Source: an uncultured Gemmatimonadales bacterium (GTDB lineage: Bacteria > Gemmatimonadota > Gemmatimonadetes > Gemmatimonadales > GWC2-71-9). Taken from it: DNA of 64,000 nucleotides. Shown one piece after another: positions 41,719 to 51,305 of this stretch. Numbering within the stretch: position 1 is the first letter of the stretch; the number at the start of each line of letters is the position of its first letter. The position numbers and the translations under genes were made by a program. Location of the stretch: the NCBI GenBank assembly GCA_963844035.1, contig CAWJMT010000005.1, positions 32,001 to 96,000 on the forward strand, given 5' to 3'. Below the pieces are notes generated by a model. That model saw only the letters and a list, made by a program, of their open reading frames with translations, did not search any database and was not told the origin of the DNA.

Positions 41719-43899
41719 TCAGGCAGGAGCGCGGGTGCGCGCGGCGCCGCGAGCCGACACCGTGCGCGGGTGCGGCACGACCGGGCTGAGCGGGGGACGC
41801 GCGTCGCTCATTTCCCGCGTGGCCTCGCGGGCGAGCTGCTGGAGCGCGATCTGGGAGCGGACCGATGGGTCGTCCTTTCCGGGGAGGCGCCGGTGGTATG
41901 TCCCGTCGGATGCCAGCTCCCGTGCTTTCACGTTGTCGGCCACCTCGAGACGCAGGATCTCGTTGATGAGGCGAGCCTTGAGGGCCGGATCTTCGATGGG
42001 GAACACCGTCTCGATGCGCCGCCAGAGGTTGCGGGGCATCCAGTCGGCGCTCGAGAGAAAGACGTCCGGGTCGCCGTCGTTCTCGAAGTAGAAGATGCGG
42101 CTGTGCTCGAGAAATTTGTCCACGACGCTGGTCACACGGATGTTGTCCGAGACCCTCGGCAGCCCTGGGCGGAGGCAACAAATACCCCGCACCATGAGGT
42201 CGATGGACACCCCTGCCTGGGACGCCCGGTACAGCGCGTCGATCACCGAGGGCTCCACCAACGCGTTCATCTTGAGGATGATGCGCGCGGCGCGGCCCGT
42301 GCGGGCGTTCTTTTCCTCGCGCCCGATCAGCGCCATCAGGCGTTCCCGCAGGCCCCGGGGCGCCAGGATGAGCTTCTTCCACGTGTACCCTTCGGCATAC
42401 CCGGTCAGCAGGTTGAAGAGCGCGCTCGTGTCCTCGCCGAACTCCGGCTGCGCCGTGAAGAGCCCGAGATCGGTATAGACGCGCGCGGTGGTGGGGTTGT
42501 AGTTCCCCGTGGACAGGTGGACGTAGCGCCGGATCCCATCGGGCTCGCGGCGCACGACAAGTGCTGCCTTGCAGTGGGTCTTCAAACCGACGATGCCGTA
42601 CACCACGTGGACGCCGGCCTGCTCCAGCGTGCGCGCCCAGTTGATGTTGTTCTGCTCGTCCATGCGGGCCTTGAGCTCGATGAGGGCGGTCACCTCTTTG
42701 CCGTTCTGGGCCGCGCGGGTGAGGGCGGCGATGATCTGGCTCGCGCCGCTGGTGCGGTACAGCGTTTGCTTGATCGCCAGGACCTGCGGGTCCTTCGCGG
42801 CCTGTTCGATGAAGTCCACCACACATCCGAACGATTCGTACGGCAGGTGCACCAGGACGTCCTGCCGCCGGATGACGTCGAACAGGTCATGCCCCATCCC
42901 GAACGGCGGGGGCACGCGGGGGACGAGCGGCTCGTCCTTGAGGGCCGCGAGGCCCTCGAGTCCCGCCAGCGCCAGGAGCGCCGTGAGGTCCACGGGGCCG
43001 GCGACGCGGTACACGTCGCGCGCGCTGAGGTCGAGCGCCTCGCTCAACATCCCAACGAAGGCCTCGTCGGCGTCGGCGGAGATTTCCAGACGGACCGGAT
43101 CGCTCCGGATACGCTGGCGCAGACTCTCCTCGATCATTTCGAGCAGGTCTTCAGCCTCCTCCTCTTCGAGGGTCAGGTTGGTGTTTCGCGTGACGCGGAA
43201 GACGGCGTGATTCAGCACGCGGAGGCCGCCAAACAACTCCTGCAAGTGTTGGGCGATGATGTCTTCCAGCAGCATGAAGCGTACGCGGCCGCCGCTGCGT
43301 GACACGATCACGACGCGGTCCAGCACCGCGGGCACTTGCACGACGGCGAAGTGCTTCCGGGGGGCGCTGCCGTTCGCGCGCTCGATCATGAGCGCGATAT
43401 TGAGACTCTTGTTGTGCACGTGCGGAAAGGGATGTCCGGGGTCGATCGCGAGCGGCGTCAACACCGGGTAGATGCTGGTGTGGAACAGCGCCTCGATCTC
43501 ACCCCGCTCGCTCTCGTTCAGGTCGTCGAACCGCACCCGCTCTACGCCTCCGGCGGCGAGTCCTGGAAAGAGATGCTCCGCCAAAATGAGGTATTGGGCG
43601 GCAACCAGCTCATGGGTACGCTCGGCGATCGCGGCGAGCTCCTCGGCGGGTGCCATCCCGTCGGCGCCGTAGTCCTGCGGCTCCACGCCCGCGAAGACCT
43701 GTTGCTGCAGTCCTGCGACGCGGATCTCGAAGAACTCGTCCAGGTTCGAGCTGAAGATGCCGAGGAATTTCAACCGCTCGAGCCAGGGGTTGGTCGCGTC
43801 CGCCGCTTCCTCAAGGACGCGTCCGTTGAACTCGAGCCACGACAGTTCCCGGTTGATGTAGTGATCCGGGGGATACGCGGGGATGGGGCGGTCGGTCAT
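41719..43899 (-). CDS. ppk1: polyphosphate kinase 1
   Basis: YINRELSWLEFNGRVL, SSNLDEFFEIRV, HLPYESF, KQTLYR, KTHCK, STGNYN, FLEHSRI, SSADWMPRN. Confidence 0.96.
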   Translation of the reverse strand: MTDRPIPAYPPDHYINRELSWLEFNGRVLEEAADATNPWLERLKFLGIFSSNLDEFFEIRVAGLQQQVFAGVEPQDYGADGMAPAEELAAIAERTHELVAAQYLILAEHLFPGLAAGGVERVRFDDLNESERGEIEALFHTSIYPVLTPLAIDPGHPFPHVHNKSLNIALMIERANGSAPRKHFAVVQVPAVLDRVVIVSRSGGRVRFMLLEDIIAQHLQELFGGLRVLNHAVFRVTRNTNLTLEEEEAEDLLEMIEESLRQRIRSDPVRLEISADADEAFVGMLSEALDLSARDVYRVAGPVDLTALLALAGLEGLAALKDEPLVPRVPPPFGMGHDLFDVIRRQDVLVHLPYESFGCVVDFIEQAAKDPQVLAIKQTLYRTSGASQIIAALTRAAQNGKEVTALIELKARMDEQNNINWARTLEQAGVHVVYGIVGLKTHCKAALVVRREPDGIRRYVHLSTGNYNPTTARVYTDLGLFTAQPEFGEDTSALFNLLTGYAEGYTWKKLILAPRGLRERLMALIGREEKNARTGRAARIILKMNALVEPSVIDALYRASQAGVSIDLMVRGICCLRPGLPRVSDNIRVTSVVDKFLEHSRIFYFENDGDPDVFLSSADWMPRNLWRRIETVFPIEDPALKARLINEILRLEVADNVKARELASDGTYHRRLPGKDDPSVRSQIALQQLAREATREMSDARPPLSPVVPHPRTVSARGAARTRAPA

Positions 43900-43900
43900 G

Positions 43901-45532
43901 CTAGCGCTTCCGCTTGGCGCGCGGCCATGAGAGCGACACCTGGGTCTCGAACGCCTTCTCGAACAGACCCGCCTTCCGCCTCGCGTCCTCCAGCTCGATG
44001 AGCGGGTCGTGCGCCGCGGTGACCAGAATCCGCATCCATCCGTCGCCAACCCGGCAGCGCACTCCCGCGACGACCTGGCCGTGGGCCCGGTCGAGGCCGT
44101 CCGCGACCCGCAGGATTCCCGCGAGGCGCCGCACGAGACGACGCTCGCCCTTTTCGAGTCCGGCGAAGTTGGCGTGCGCCTTCTTCGGAACCGCGCGCCG
44201 GTGATAGCGGGCGACGTTGGCGATCAGCTCGACTTCCCGCTTCGAAAACCCCCGCAGGTCCGCGTGCATGATCAGGTGGTATGCGTGCTTGTGATGCTCC
44301 TCGTGGTTGATGAGGTAGCCGATGTCGTGCAACAGGGCCGCCGCGCGCAGGATGTCGCGACCGTTCGGCGGCAGCGCGTACGCGTCGCGCAGCGCGTCGA
44401 ACATCTCGGCGGCCAGGGCGGCGACGTGCTCGCAATGACGTTCGTTGGAGCGGCACTTGCGGGCGAACCGGCGCACCGCTTCGAGGCGGTCCGGCTGCAG
44501 GTCCTTCGCCGGCGCCGGGGTGCCGCCCCGCTCGTCGATCATCGACAGCAGCACGCCGTCCCGCACACCGCGGTCATTCACCATCACCCGTTGCGTGCCG
44601 AGCCACTTGGTCAGACGGGAGACGACGGCGACCCCCGCCAAGATGATGTCGGCTCGCGCAGGGTTGAGGCCTGGTATCCGGCGCCGGGCGTCGAGCGGCG
44701 TCTCCCGCAGCCGGTCGAGCGTGCGCTTGACCTCGGCGCGGCTGAGCGCGTAGTCCCGGGCGTTCGTCACCTTGCCGTCCCGCTCCGCCTGTGCCATCTC
44801 GGCCAGATTGGTAAACGTCCCGCCGCTCCCGATCATCAATGGGGCGGCGAACGGCGGCTTCCCGATCGCGTCCTTGATCGCCTGATCGATCGCGCGACGC
44901 AGCGCCTTCCAATGCTTGGGGCGGAGCGGGTCGGACTTCCCAAAGCGTTCCGTCAGCCGGACCGCGCCCAGCGGCAGCGAGACGACCTGCTCCACCAGGC
45001 CGCCGGCGGCAAGGACGACTTCGGCGCTGCCGCCACCGATGTCGACGATGGCGGTCAGGCGATCGTCGAGATCGTAGTGGCGGGTCACGCTCCGGAAGGC
45101 GAGCCGCGCCTCCTCCTCGGCCGGGACCACTTCGATGCGCAGGCGATGACGCCGCCAGGCTTCACGCACGAAGTCGCGCCCATTCGATGCCTCGCGCACG
45201 GCGCTCGTCGCGATCGCCCGCAGCTCGGCCACGCCGAACCCGTCGGCGATCGCTTTCATCTTGCCGAGCGCCTGCAGCGACTGTTCCATCGGCCCTTCAC
45301 CAAGGTGGCCGCTGCTGTATAATCCGCGGCCGAGGCGCGTCATCTCGCGGTCCTCATCGAGCAGGCGGTAGCTCCCATCGGCATCGACCTCGACCACGGC
45401 GAGACGAATCGAGTTCGTGCCGATGTCGATCGCGGCCAAGCGGGGGAGCGGTGGCTGCCCGCCGGGCGCTGGGGGCGGGGCGGCGCTGGCCTTGGCCACG
45501 CTTGCGGGTGCTGCCGTCGGGGCGATCACCAT
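43901..45532 (-). CDS. ppx: Ppx/GppA exopolyphosphatase with HD domain
   Basis: AAIDIGTNS, ATSAVREA, DIGGGSAE, RADII, GVRDG, LLHDIG, RYHR. Confidence 0.93.
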   Translation of the reverse strand: MVIAPTAAPASVAKASAAPPPAPGGQPPLPRLAAIDIGTNSIRLAVVEVDADGSYRLLDEDREMTRLGRGLYSSGHLGEGPMEQSLQALGKMKAIADGFGVAELRAIATSAVREASNGRDFVREAWRRHRLRIEVVPAEEEARLAFRSVTRHYDLDDRLTAIVDIGGGSAEVVLAAGGLVEQVVSLPLGAVRLTERFGKSDPLRPKHWKALRRAIDQAIKDAIGKPPFAAPLMIGSGGTFTNLAEMAQAERDGKVTNARDYALSRAEVKRTLDRLRETPLDARRRIPGLNPARADIILAGVAVVSRLTKWLGTQRVMVNDRGVRDGVLLSMIDERGGTPAPAKDLQPDRLEAVRRFARKCRSNERHCEHVAALAAEMFDALRDAYALPPNGRDILRAAALLHDIGYLINHEEHHKHAYHLIMHADLRGFSKREVELIANVARYHRRAVPKKAHANFAGLEKGERRLVRRLAGILRVADGLDRAHGQVVAGVRCRVGDGWMRILVTAAHDPLIELEDARRKAGLFEKAFETQVSLSWPRAKRKR

Positions 45533-45703
45533 GGAGATACCGGGTGCAGGTGAGTGGTCGAGCGTGAGTTGCTTTAGAATCTACACCATGTTACGTAACG
45601 ACCGGGCAACGGCTATGTCTCGGTGTAAGCTCATGCGCCGCCGCGAGATGCGCGGCATGCGTCGTGCGGCGTTCGCCCCGCACTCAGGCTGGAGGGTCAC
45701 GCG

Positions 45704-46513
45704 ATGACGCTGCGCGAGCGGCTGCTGGTCGAGCCGGGGAAGGCGGTGATGCTCGCCGACTGGGACCCGGCGGACAAGCTCGGGTTCACGAAGGACGACG
45801 AGCACAAGGTCGCCCTGGCGGAGGACATCGAGCGCCTGGATGAACTCCAGTACCTGATGTATGCGGAGGACCGGCACGCGCTGTTGATCGTGCTCCAGGG
45901 AATGGATGCCTCGGGGAAGGACGGCACGATCCGGCACGCGATGTCGGCGTTCAATCCGCAGGGGTGCCGGGTGACTGCCTTCAAGACTCCAACCCCTGAA
46001 GAGTTACAGCACGACTTCCTGTGGCGCGTTCATCGCGCCGTGCCTGGCCGGGGCGACATTGCGATCTTCAATCGGTCGCACTACGAAGACGTGCTGGTCG
46101 CCAGGGTCCGCAAGCTCGTCTCGAAGGACGTGTGGTCGAGCCGCTACGGGCAGATCAACCAGTTCGAAGAGCTGCTGCGAGACAACGGAGTTACCATCGT
46201 GAAGCTCTTCCTGCACATCAGCAAAGAGGAGCAGAAGGCGCGTTTCGAAGAGCGGCTCAAGGACCCGACCAAGCAGTGGAAGGTCGCACCGGGCGATTTC
46301 GAGGACCGGAAGCATTGGGACGACTACCTCACGGCCTACGAGGACGCACTCACTCGTTGCAGCACCGATGCCGCACCGTGGTACATCATCCCGGCGGACC
46401 GGAAGTGGGTCCGCAACCTTGTCGTATCGCGCCTGCTCATAGAGATCCTCGAGGCGCTCGAGATGAAATTCCCCAAGCCGGCGTTCGACCTGTCCGACCT
46501 GAAGATCGAGTAG
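45704..46513 (+). CDS. ppk2: polyphosphate kinase 2 family (single domain, class III-like)
   Basis: QGMDASGKDGT, HDFLWR, FNRSHYEDV, KLFLHISKEEQ, PWYIIPADRKW. Confidence 0.93.
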   Translation: MTLRERLLVEPGKAVMLADWDPADKLGFTKDDEHKVALAEDIERLDELQYLMYAEDRHALLIVLQGMDASGKDGTIRHAMSAFNPQGCRVTAFKTPTPEELQHDFLWRVHRAVPGRGDIAIFNRSHYEDVLVARVRKLVSKDVWSSRYGQINQFEELLRDNGVTIVKLFLHISKEEQKARFEERLKDPTKQWKVAPGDFEDRKHWDDYLTAYEDALTRCSTDAAPWYIIPADRKWVRNLVVSRLLIEILEALEMKFPKPAFDLSDLKIE

Positions 46514-46524
46514 CGTGACCGGCT

Positions 46525-46986
46525 TCAGGTATCGGGGGTCAACGGCACCTGCTCCGCCGGGACCCCGGACGGAGAGAACCGGACCGCCAGGACTCGCACG
46601 CCGGCCAGGCCCCCGATAACGACGAGCAGCAACGCAAACGATTTCCAGTCGCCGCCGCGCAGCCACAACGAGATGATTTCGGTCAGCATCACCACCAGGA
46701 TCGTGTCCACGATGAACGTCACCCGCACGCGTCCCTCGGCGAGGTAGGCGAGGGTGGCCTTGAAGACTTCGACCACGGCCAGCAGGATCAGGATCCCGAT
46801 CAACACGTGCCGCAGCACCAGCTCCACGTCCTCGACGAACAGGCGTCGCAGCTCCCACCCCACGGCGAGAATCCCGCCCACCAGAGTCGCCAGAATCAGC
46901 AGTAACAGCCCGCTCAGGACGGCGCGAATGAACCAGACGAACGGTCGCGCGCGCATGTAGACTGCGGCTTGTTCGAGGTCATCCAT
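46525..46986 (-). CDS. PsiE-family phosphate-starvation-inducible membrane protein
   Basis: Four TMs; VEVFKA...YL.EG.V.V.FIV pattern; lies in the Pho locus. Confidence 0.7.
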   Translation of the reverse strand: MDDLEQAAVYMRARPFVWFIRAVLSGLLLLILATLVGGILAVGWELRRLFVEDVELVLRHVLIGILILLAVVEVFKATLAYLAEGRVRVTFIVDTILVVMLTEIISLWLRGGDWKSFALLLVVIGGLAGVRVLAVRFSPSGVPAEQVPLTPDT

Positions 46987-46987
46987 T

Positions 46988-47092
46988 AGGTGTCAGGTGT
47001 TAGGTGCTAGGTGTCAGGTGGGAAACTCTGCAGGGTGGGTGCGGGGTGCTGGGCGTCATTACCTGACACCTCACACCTGGCACCTAGCACCT
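46988..47092. repeat. inverted arrays of heptamer tandem repeats
   Basis: AGGTGTC-AGGTGTT-AGGTGCT-AGGTGTC-AGGTG, about 40-nt spacer, then ACCT-GACACCT-CACACCT-GGCACCT-AGCACCT. Confidence 0.8.
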
Positions 47093-47096
47093 GCCC

Positions 47097-47528
47097 TTAT
47101 CCCAGCAACCGCGTCGCCACGATTGCGCCTGCCACGCCAAGCAGCACGCCGGCGAGCACGTCGCTCACGTGGTGAACCCGCAGGCGCACGCGCGAGTAGG
47201 CGACGAGTCCGGCGAGCGGCAGAACGAGGGCCGCGTAGATCGGCTCCGCGAGCACTACGCTGCCTGCGACCGCTGTCGCTGCCGCGGCGTGGCCCGAGGG
47301 GAACGAGAAGGGGTCGGGGAGATCGACCAGCGCGAGTGGCCGCCCGAAGGGGTCGCACGGGCGGGTACGCACCACCGTGCGCTTGAGTACCTGCACCGCG
47401 GCGTGCGACATCACGTTCGCGAGCAGGACGGTGAGTCCCAACCGCGCCGTGTTGCCGCCGAACAGCAGCAGCACGATCCCCGCAGCGACGGTCGCGCGCG
47501 CACCGCCGAGATGAGTGATCCAGCGCAT
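47097..47528 (-). CDS. PAP2-family membrane phosphatase
   Basis: KRTVVRTRP, SFPSGH, SRVRLRVHHVSDV. Confidence 0.9.
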   Translation of the reverse strand: MRWITHLGGARATVAAGIVLLLFGGNTARLGLTVLLANVMSHAAVQVLKRTVVRTRPCDPFGRPLALVDLPDPFSFPSGHAAAATAVAGSVVLAEPIYAALVLPLAGLVAYSRVRLRVHHVSDVLAGVLLGVAGAIVATRLLG

Positions 47529-48352
47529 CAGACGGCCACCATCTCGGCCGGAGCGCGGTGGAACGCTCCGGTGAGCGGGCGCCCTTCGTAACAGCTCGGG
47601 ATCTCCATCCCAAACCACCACAGGATCGTCGCGGGCAAGTCGAGCAGGGACACCGAGTGCGTCAGCTGGTGGCGGCGCATCACGCCCGGACCCGCGAGCA
47701 CCAGCGGGATATGATCGTTCACGGGGTGCGGCTCGTCGTGCTCGTGCGACTGAACGCCGCCGCCTCCGTGATCTGCGGTGACGATGAACGTCACCTCGTC
47801 GGTCCACTCGGAGAGAATGCCGATCGCGCTATCCACTTCCGCCGCGGCCTCGAGGTACGGCTCCGACATCCAGCCATGCGCGTGACCGGCGCGATCGCAG
47901 TCGGGCAGGTACAGAAACAGCAGGCGCGTTCCGGGCTCGGCGAGCAGTTCCCCCGCGGCCGCCGCCGTCTCGCGGGCACGCTGGCCCGATGCGATCAGCC
48001 GCCGCGCGCCGGCCGTGGTGGCCAGCGCCCACGCCACCGGGTGGACCGCGCGCCCGAGCTCGGTGGTGACGATGTCCACCGGAATGCCGCCCGTGGTCAA
48101 CTCGCGAGCGACCGGACGCAGCGTTCGCAGGCGTGGCAGGAAGCGCAGGCCGGGCTCGATCAGCCGGTGCGTCTCGGGCGCGACGCCGGTGGCGAGCGAG
48201 GCCAGCGCGGCGACAGTAGCGCTGGGCCGCACGGTGTGCGCCCGCGGGGCGTGGGTGAAGGCCCGACCCATTGCGTCGAGCGAGGGCATCACGCTCGGCG
48301 ACACCGCGTCGGGCCGGAGCCCGTCGGCGAGCACGAACACTAGGCGGCGCAT
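47528..48352 (-). CDS. alkaline-phosphatase superfamily (NPP/phosphodiesterase-like), no signal peptide
   Basis: FVLADGLRPD, PSATV..ASLATG..P..H, DRAGHAHGW, VTADHGG, HIPL. Confidence 0.8.
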   Translation of the reverse strand: MRRLVFVLADGLRPDAVSPSVMPSLDAMGRAFTHAPRAHTVRPSATVAALASLATGVAPETHRLIEPGLRFLPRLRTLRPVARELTTGGIPVDIVTTELGRAVHPVAWALATTAGARRLIASGQRARETAAAAGELLAEPGTRLLFLYLPDCDRAGHAHGWMSEPYLEAAAEVDSAIGILSEWTDEVTFIVTADHGGGGVQSHEHDEPHPVNDHIPLVLAGPGVMRRHQLTHSVSLLDLPATILWWFGMEIPSCYEGRPLTGAFHRAPAEMVAV

Positions 48353-49502
48353 GCGGTCACCTGCTTCCCATTCCCATGCACCAGGCCCGCGTACTGCGCG
48401 AGGAGCCGGGCGTCTTCGTGCTCGCTGTCGCGCTGGAGCACCCATTCCCGTGCCGCCGCGGCGAGCGCGAAGCGGCGTCCGGAGTCGAGCACGAGGGCTT
48501 CGATCCCGGCCGCGAACGCCTGAGCGTCGTGCGGCGCCACCAGCAGACCGGTCCGCTCGTGATCGACGCTTTCGCGCAACCCGCCGGCATCGGCGGCGAT
48601 CACCGGGAGCCCGGAGGCCATCGCCTCGAGGGCGACGAGGCCACAGGTCTCGGTGTACGACGGGAGCACGCACAGGTCGCAGCTCGCGTACAGGGTGGCG
48701 AGCGTGGTGCGCGGCAGGAACCCGAGCTGGCGGACGAACGGCAGCTCGGTGAAGATCCGCGGTGCGAGCGGACCCTCGCCCGCGATGACGAACGTGGCGC
48801 GCTGTCCCAGGCGCTCGCGCGCCAGCTTCCATGCCGCGATCAAGAACCTCCAGGTTTTTCTCCGGGGCGAGCCGTCCGACGTGCAGGACGATCGCGCTGT
48901 CGTCGCCCCCCGCCATCCAGCGGCGCCATCCCGCCTCGCGCCGCGAGGGGTGAAACTGTTTGGAGTCGACTCCTTGCCCCCACACGTGCGCCTGGCTCAA
49001 GCCGTGGCGGTGCAGCTCATCGCGAGTCCCGTCTCCGGGTGTGAGCGTGAGGCGGGCCGCGCCGTGGAACCAGGCGAGCCAGCGCCACACGAGCGGCGCC
49101 AGCGCGGGCACTCCGTAGTGACGCGCGTAGCGTGGAAAGTCGGTGTGAAACGACGTGACCAGCGGGAGACCGCGCCGCAAGGCGAACCGCCGGCCGGCGA
49201 GGCCGAGCGGCCCTTCCGTGTGCACGTGCACCAGCTCGGGCCCGAAGTCGTCGAGGAATCGCGCCACGGCGCCGAAGGCGGGCAGGGACAAACGGATGGC
49301 CGGATATGGCGGGAAGGGAACCGACGCCACCCGCAGCTCGTGGGTAATGGGGCGGTCGTTCGCGATCGGGGTACCGCGGTGCAACGATCGCAACATCGTG
49401 CCCGGCTTCGCCCAGCATGTCGGCGATGCGCCCCACGATCGTGCTCACCCCGTTCACCTGGGGCGCGTAGGTATCGGAGACTAGCCCAATCCGCACGCCC
49501 AT
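48340..49502 (-). CDS. GT4 glycosyltransferase, glycolipid-synthase-like (indels)
   Basis: RIGLVSDTYAPQVNGVS, HVHTEGPLG, SFHTDFPRY, VGRLAPEKN, PSYTETCGLVALEAMASG. Confidence 0.88.
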
Positions 49503-49518
49503 ACGATCGGGCGGGACC

Positions 49519-49556
49519 GTCAATACCTCGCGACGGGGGGGTGACGGGTTTGTAAC
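49519..49556 (-). promoter_or_regulatory. Pho-box-like array upstream of GT4 operon
   Basis: GTCAA/GCGAC/GTGAC/GTAAC at 49519, 49530, 49541 and 49552 (11-bp period). Confidence 0.6.
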
Positions 49557-49577
49557 AACCGGCAAGTGCAGCCGGGA

Positions 49578-51305
49578 TCAGCGGTTGGACGGCTCTCCGG
49601 GGAAATGCAACTGGATCGTCGTACCGCGCCCCAGGGTGCTCTCCGCGGTGACGCGGCCCCCGTGCGCTTCCATGAGGTGTTTCACGATCGCGAGCCCCAG
49701 GCCCGTTCCGCCTTGCGCCCGGGAGCGACCCGCGTCGGCCCGATAGAACCGCTCGAAGATGCGGGGCAGGTGCTGCGGTGCGATGCCGGATCCGGTGTCC
49801 GCCACGGCGATCGTGACGCCGTCCGGGGCGGCGGCGGCCCGCACCGCGATCTCGCCGCCCGACGGCGTGTGGCGGAGCGCGTTGTCGAACAGGTTCGTGA
49901 GTATCTGCCGCAACGCGTCCGGGTCCGCCGCCACTGCGGCCGCATCCGGCGCGATCTCGACGGTGAAGCGCATGTCGCGGGCGCGCGCGCGGTCGCTGAA
50001 GGGCGTCCACGCCTCCTGCGCGAGCGCGGCGACATCGACCACGCGCTGCACCGGCTGCCAGCCGCCCGACTCGATGCGAGAGAGGTCGAGGAGATCGTCC
50101 ACCAGGCGCTGCATGCGTTGCGCGTTGCTGAGGATGGTATCGGCGAATTTCCTGGCGCGCTCCTTGTCGGGCTCCTCGGTCGCGAGGGTTTCCGCGTAGC
50201 CGGCGATGGAAGTGAGCGGCGTCTTGAGCTCGTGCGACACGTTGGCGACAAAATCGCGCCGGACGGCCTCGAGGCGGCGCAGCGCCGTGACGTCGCGGAA
50301 CATGAGCAGCGTGCCGCCGTTCGGGAGCGAGCGGCTGGTGACGAGCAGCGCACGGCCTTCGAGGTCGAGCTCCTGCTGGTCGAATTCGCGTCCGCCGAGT
50401 GCCGCGCGCACCAGCTCGCGGGCGCGCTTTTCGTGGAACAGCTCGGTGACTGGTGGAAGCGGCTCGGCAGGCCGGCGGACGAGGAGACGGCGGGCGGCGG
50501 TGTTGACGGTGGCGACGTTGCCCGCGGCGTCGGTGGCGAGCAGGCCATCCGCCATCGATTCGATCAACGTGTGCGTCTCTTCGCGCTCGCGCTGCAGCTC
50601 GGTAAAGCGCTGCAGCAACTGCTCGTGCATGTCGTGCAGCGCCTGGGCGTGCGCGGCGATTTCGGGGATCCGCGATTCGGGGAACACGGGTGACCCACCC
50701 GCCGCGATGGCGCGCGCGGCGTCGCCCAACCGCACGACATTCCGCGCCACGGCACGGCTCAGGATCAACGCGAGCAGCGCCGCCACGCTCAGCGCGGTGA
50801 GCCCGGCGAACAGCACGCCGCGCTGCACCGCGCCCACCGTCCGGTCGACCGCGACGAGGGTGGTCGACAGGCGCACGACCGCGAGGCCCCGCGGGCCACC
50901 CCGCACGGCGAGGTACATGCGGTTCTCATTCGTGGACGCGCTGAGCCGCTGGTCGCGACCCACCCCGGTTGCGATGGCTGCGCGTACTTCGGGACGGTCG
51001 GCGTGATTCTCGAGCCGCGTCAGGGCGGCGCGATCGAACTCGGTGTCGCCGCGCACGCGACCCTTGGGGTCGATCAGGGTGACGCGATGGCCCGACAGCC
51101 GTCCGAGCATGCGGGCCGCGTCGGGCCACGCGGAGGAATCGGCGGGCAGCAGGGCGGCGACGATGTGCGCCTCATGCTCGAGCCCGAGGGCAATCTCGGA
51201 TTCGAGGTTGCGGCGTAGCACCTGGTCCGCAGCGACGATCAGGCCGCCCACGGTGACGGCGAGGAGCAGGCCCGTGCCGACGTAGACACGGCCCGCGAGC
51301 GTCAC
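49578..51305 (-). CDS. phoR: phosphate sensor histidine kinase
   Basis: ENHADRPEV sensor, HAMP, PAS, DFVANVSHELKTPLTSI, NLFDNA, FERFYR, GGTGLGL. Confidence 0.9.
   Translation of the reverse strand: MTLAGRVYVGTGLLLAVTVGGLIVAADQVLRRNLESEIALGLEHEAHIVAALLPADSSAWPDAARMLGRLSGHRVTLIDPKGRVRGDTEFDRAALTRLENHADRPEVRAAIATGVGRDQRLSASTNENRMYLAVRGGPRGLAVVRLSTTLVAVDRTVGAVQRGVLFAGLTALSVAALLALILSRAVARNVVRLGDAARAIAAGGSPVFPESRIPEIAAHAQALHDMHEQLLQRFTELQREREETHTLIESMADGLLATDAAGNVATVNTAARRLLVRRPAEPLPPVTELFHEKRARELVRAALGGREFDQQELDLEGRALLVTSRSLPNGGTLLMFRDVTALRRLEAVRRDFVANVSHELKTPLTSIAGYAETLATEEPDKERARKFADTILSNAQRMQRLVDDLLDLSRIESGGWQPVQRVVDVAALAQEAWTPFSDRARARDMRFTVEIAPDAAAVAADPDALRQILTNLFDNALRHTPSGGEIAVRAAAAPDGVTIAVADTGSGIAPQHLPRIFERFYRADAGRSRAQGGTGLGLAIVKHLMEAHGGRVTAESTLGRGTTIQLHFPGEPSNR

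Noticed and set aside
41195..42826. Apparent 543-aa SixA with long N-terminal extension
   Set aside because: The extension is an alternative frame of ppk1; the real sixA starts at GTG 41710.
46988..47092. CRISPR-like array
   Set aside because: 7-nt tandem units without unique spacers and no cas genes in the window.
47528..49396. Apparent GT4-alkaline phosphatase fusion (622 aa)
   Set aside because: Created by an indel near 48845; the GT4 C-terminus is in ORF 48340..48843 and the AlkP gene has its own ATG at 48352.
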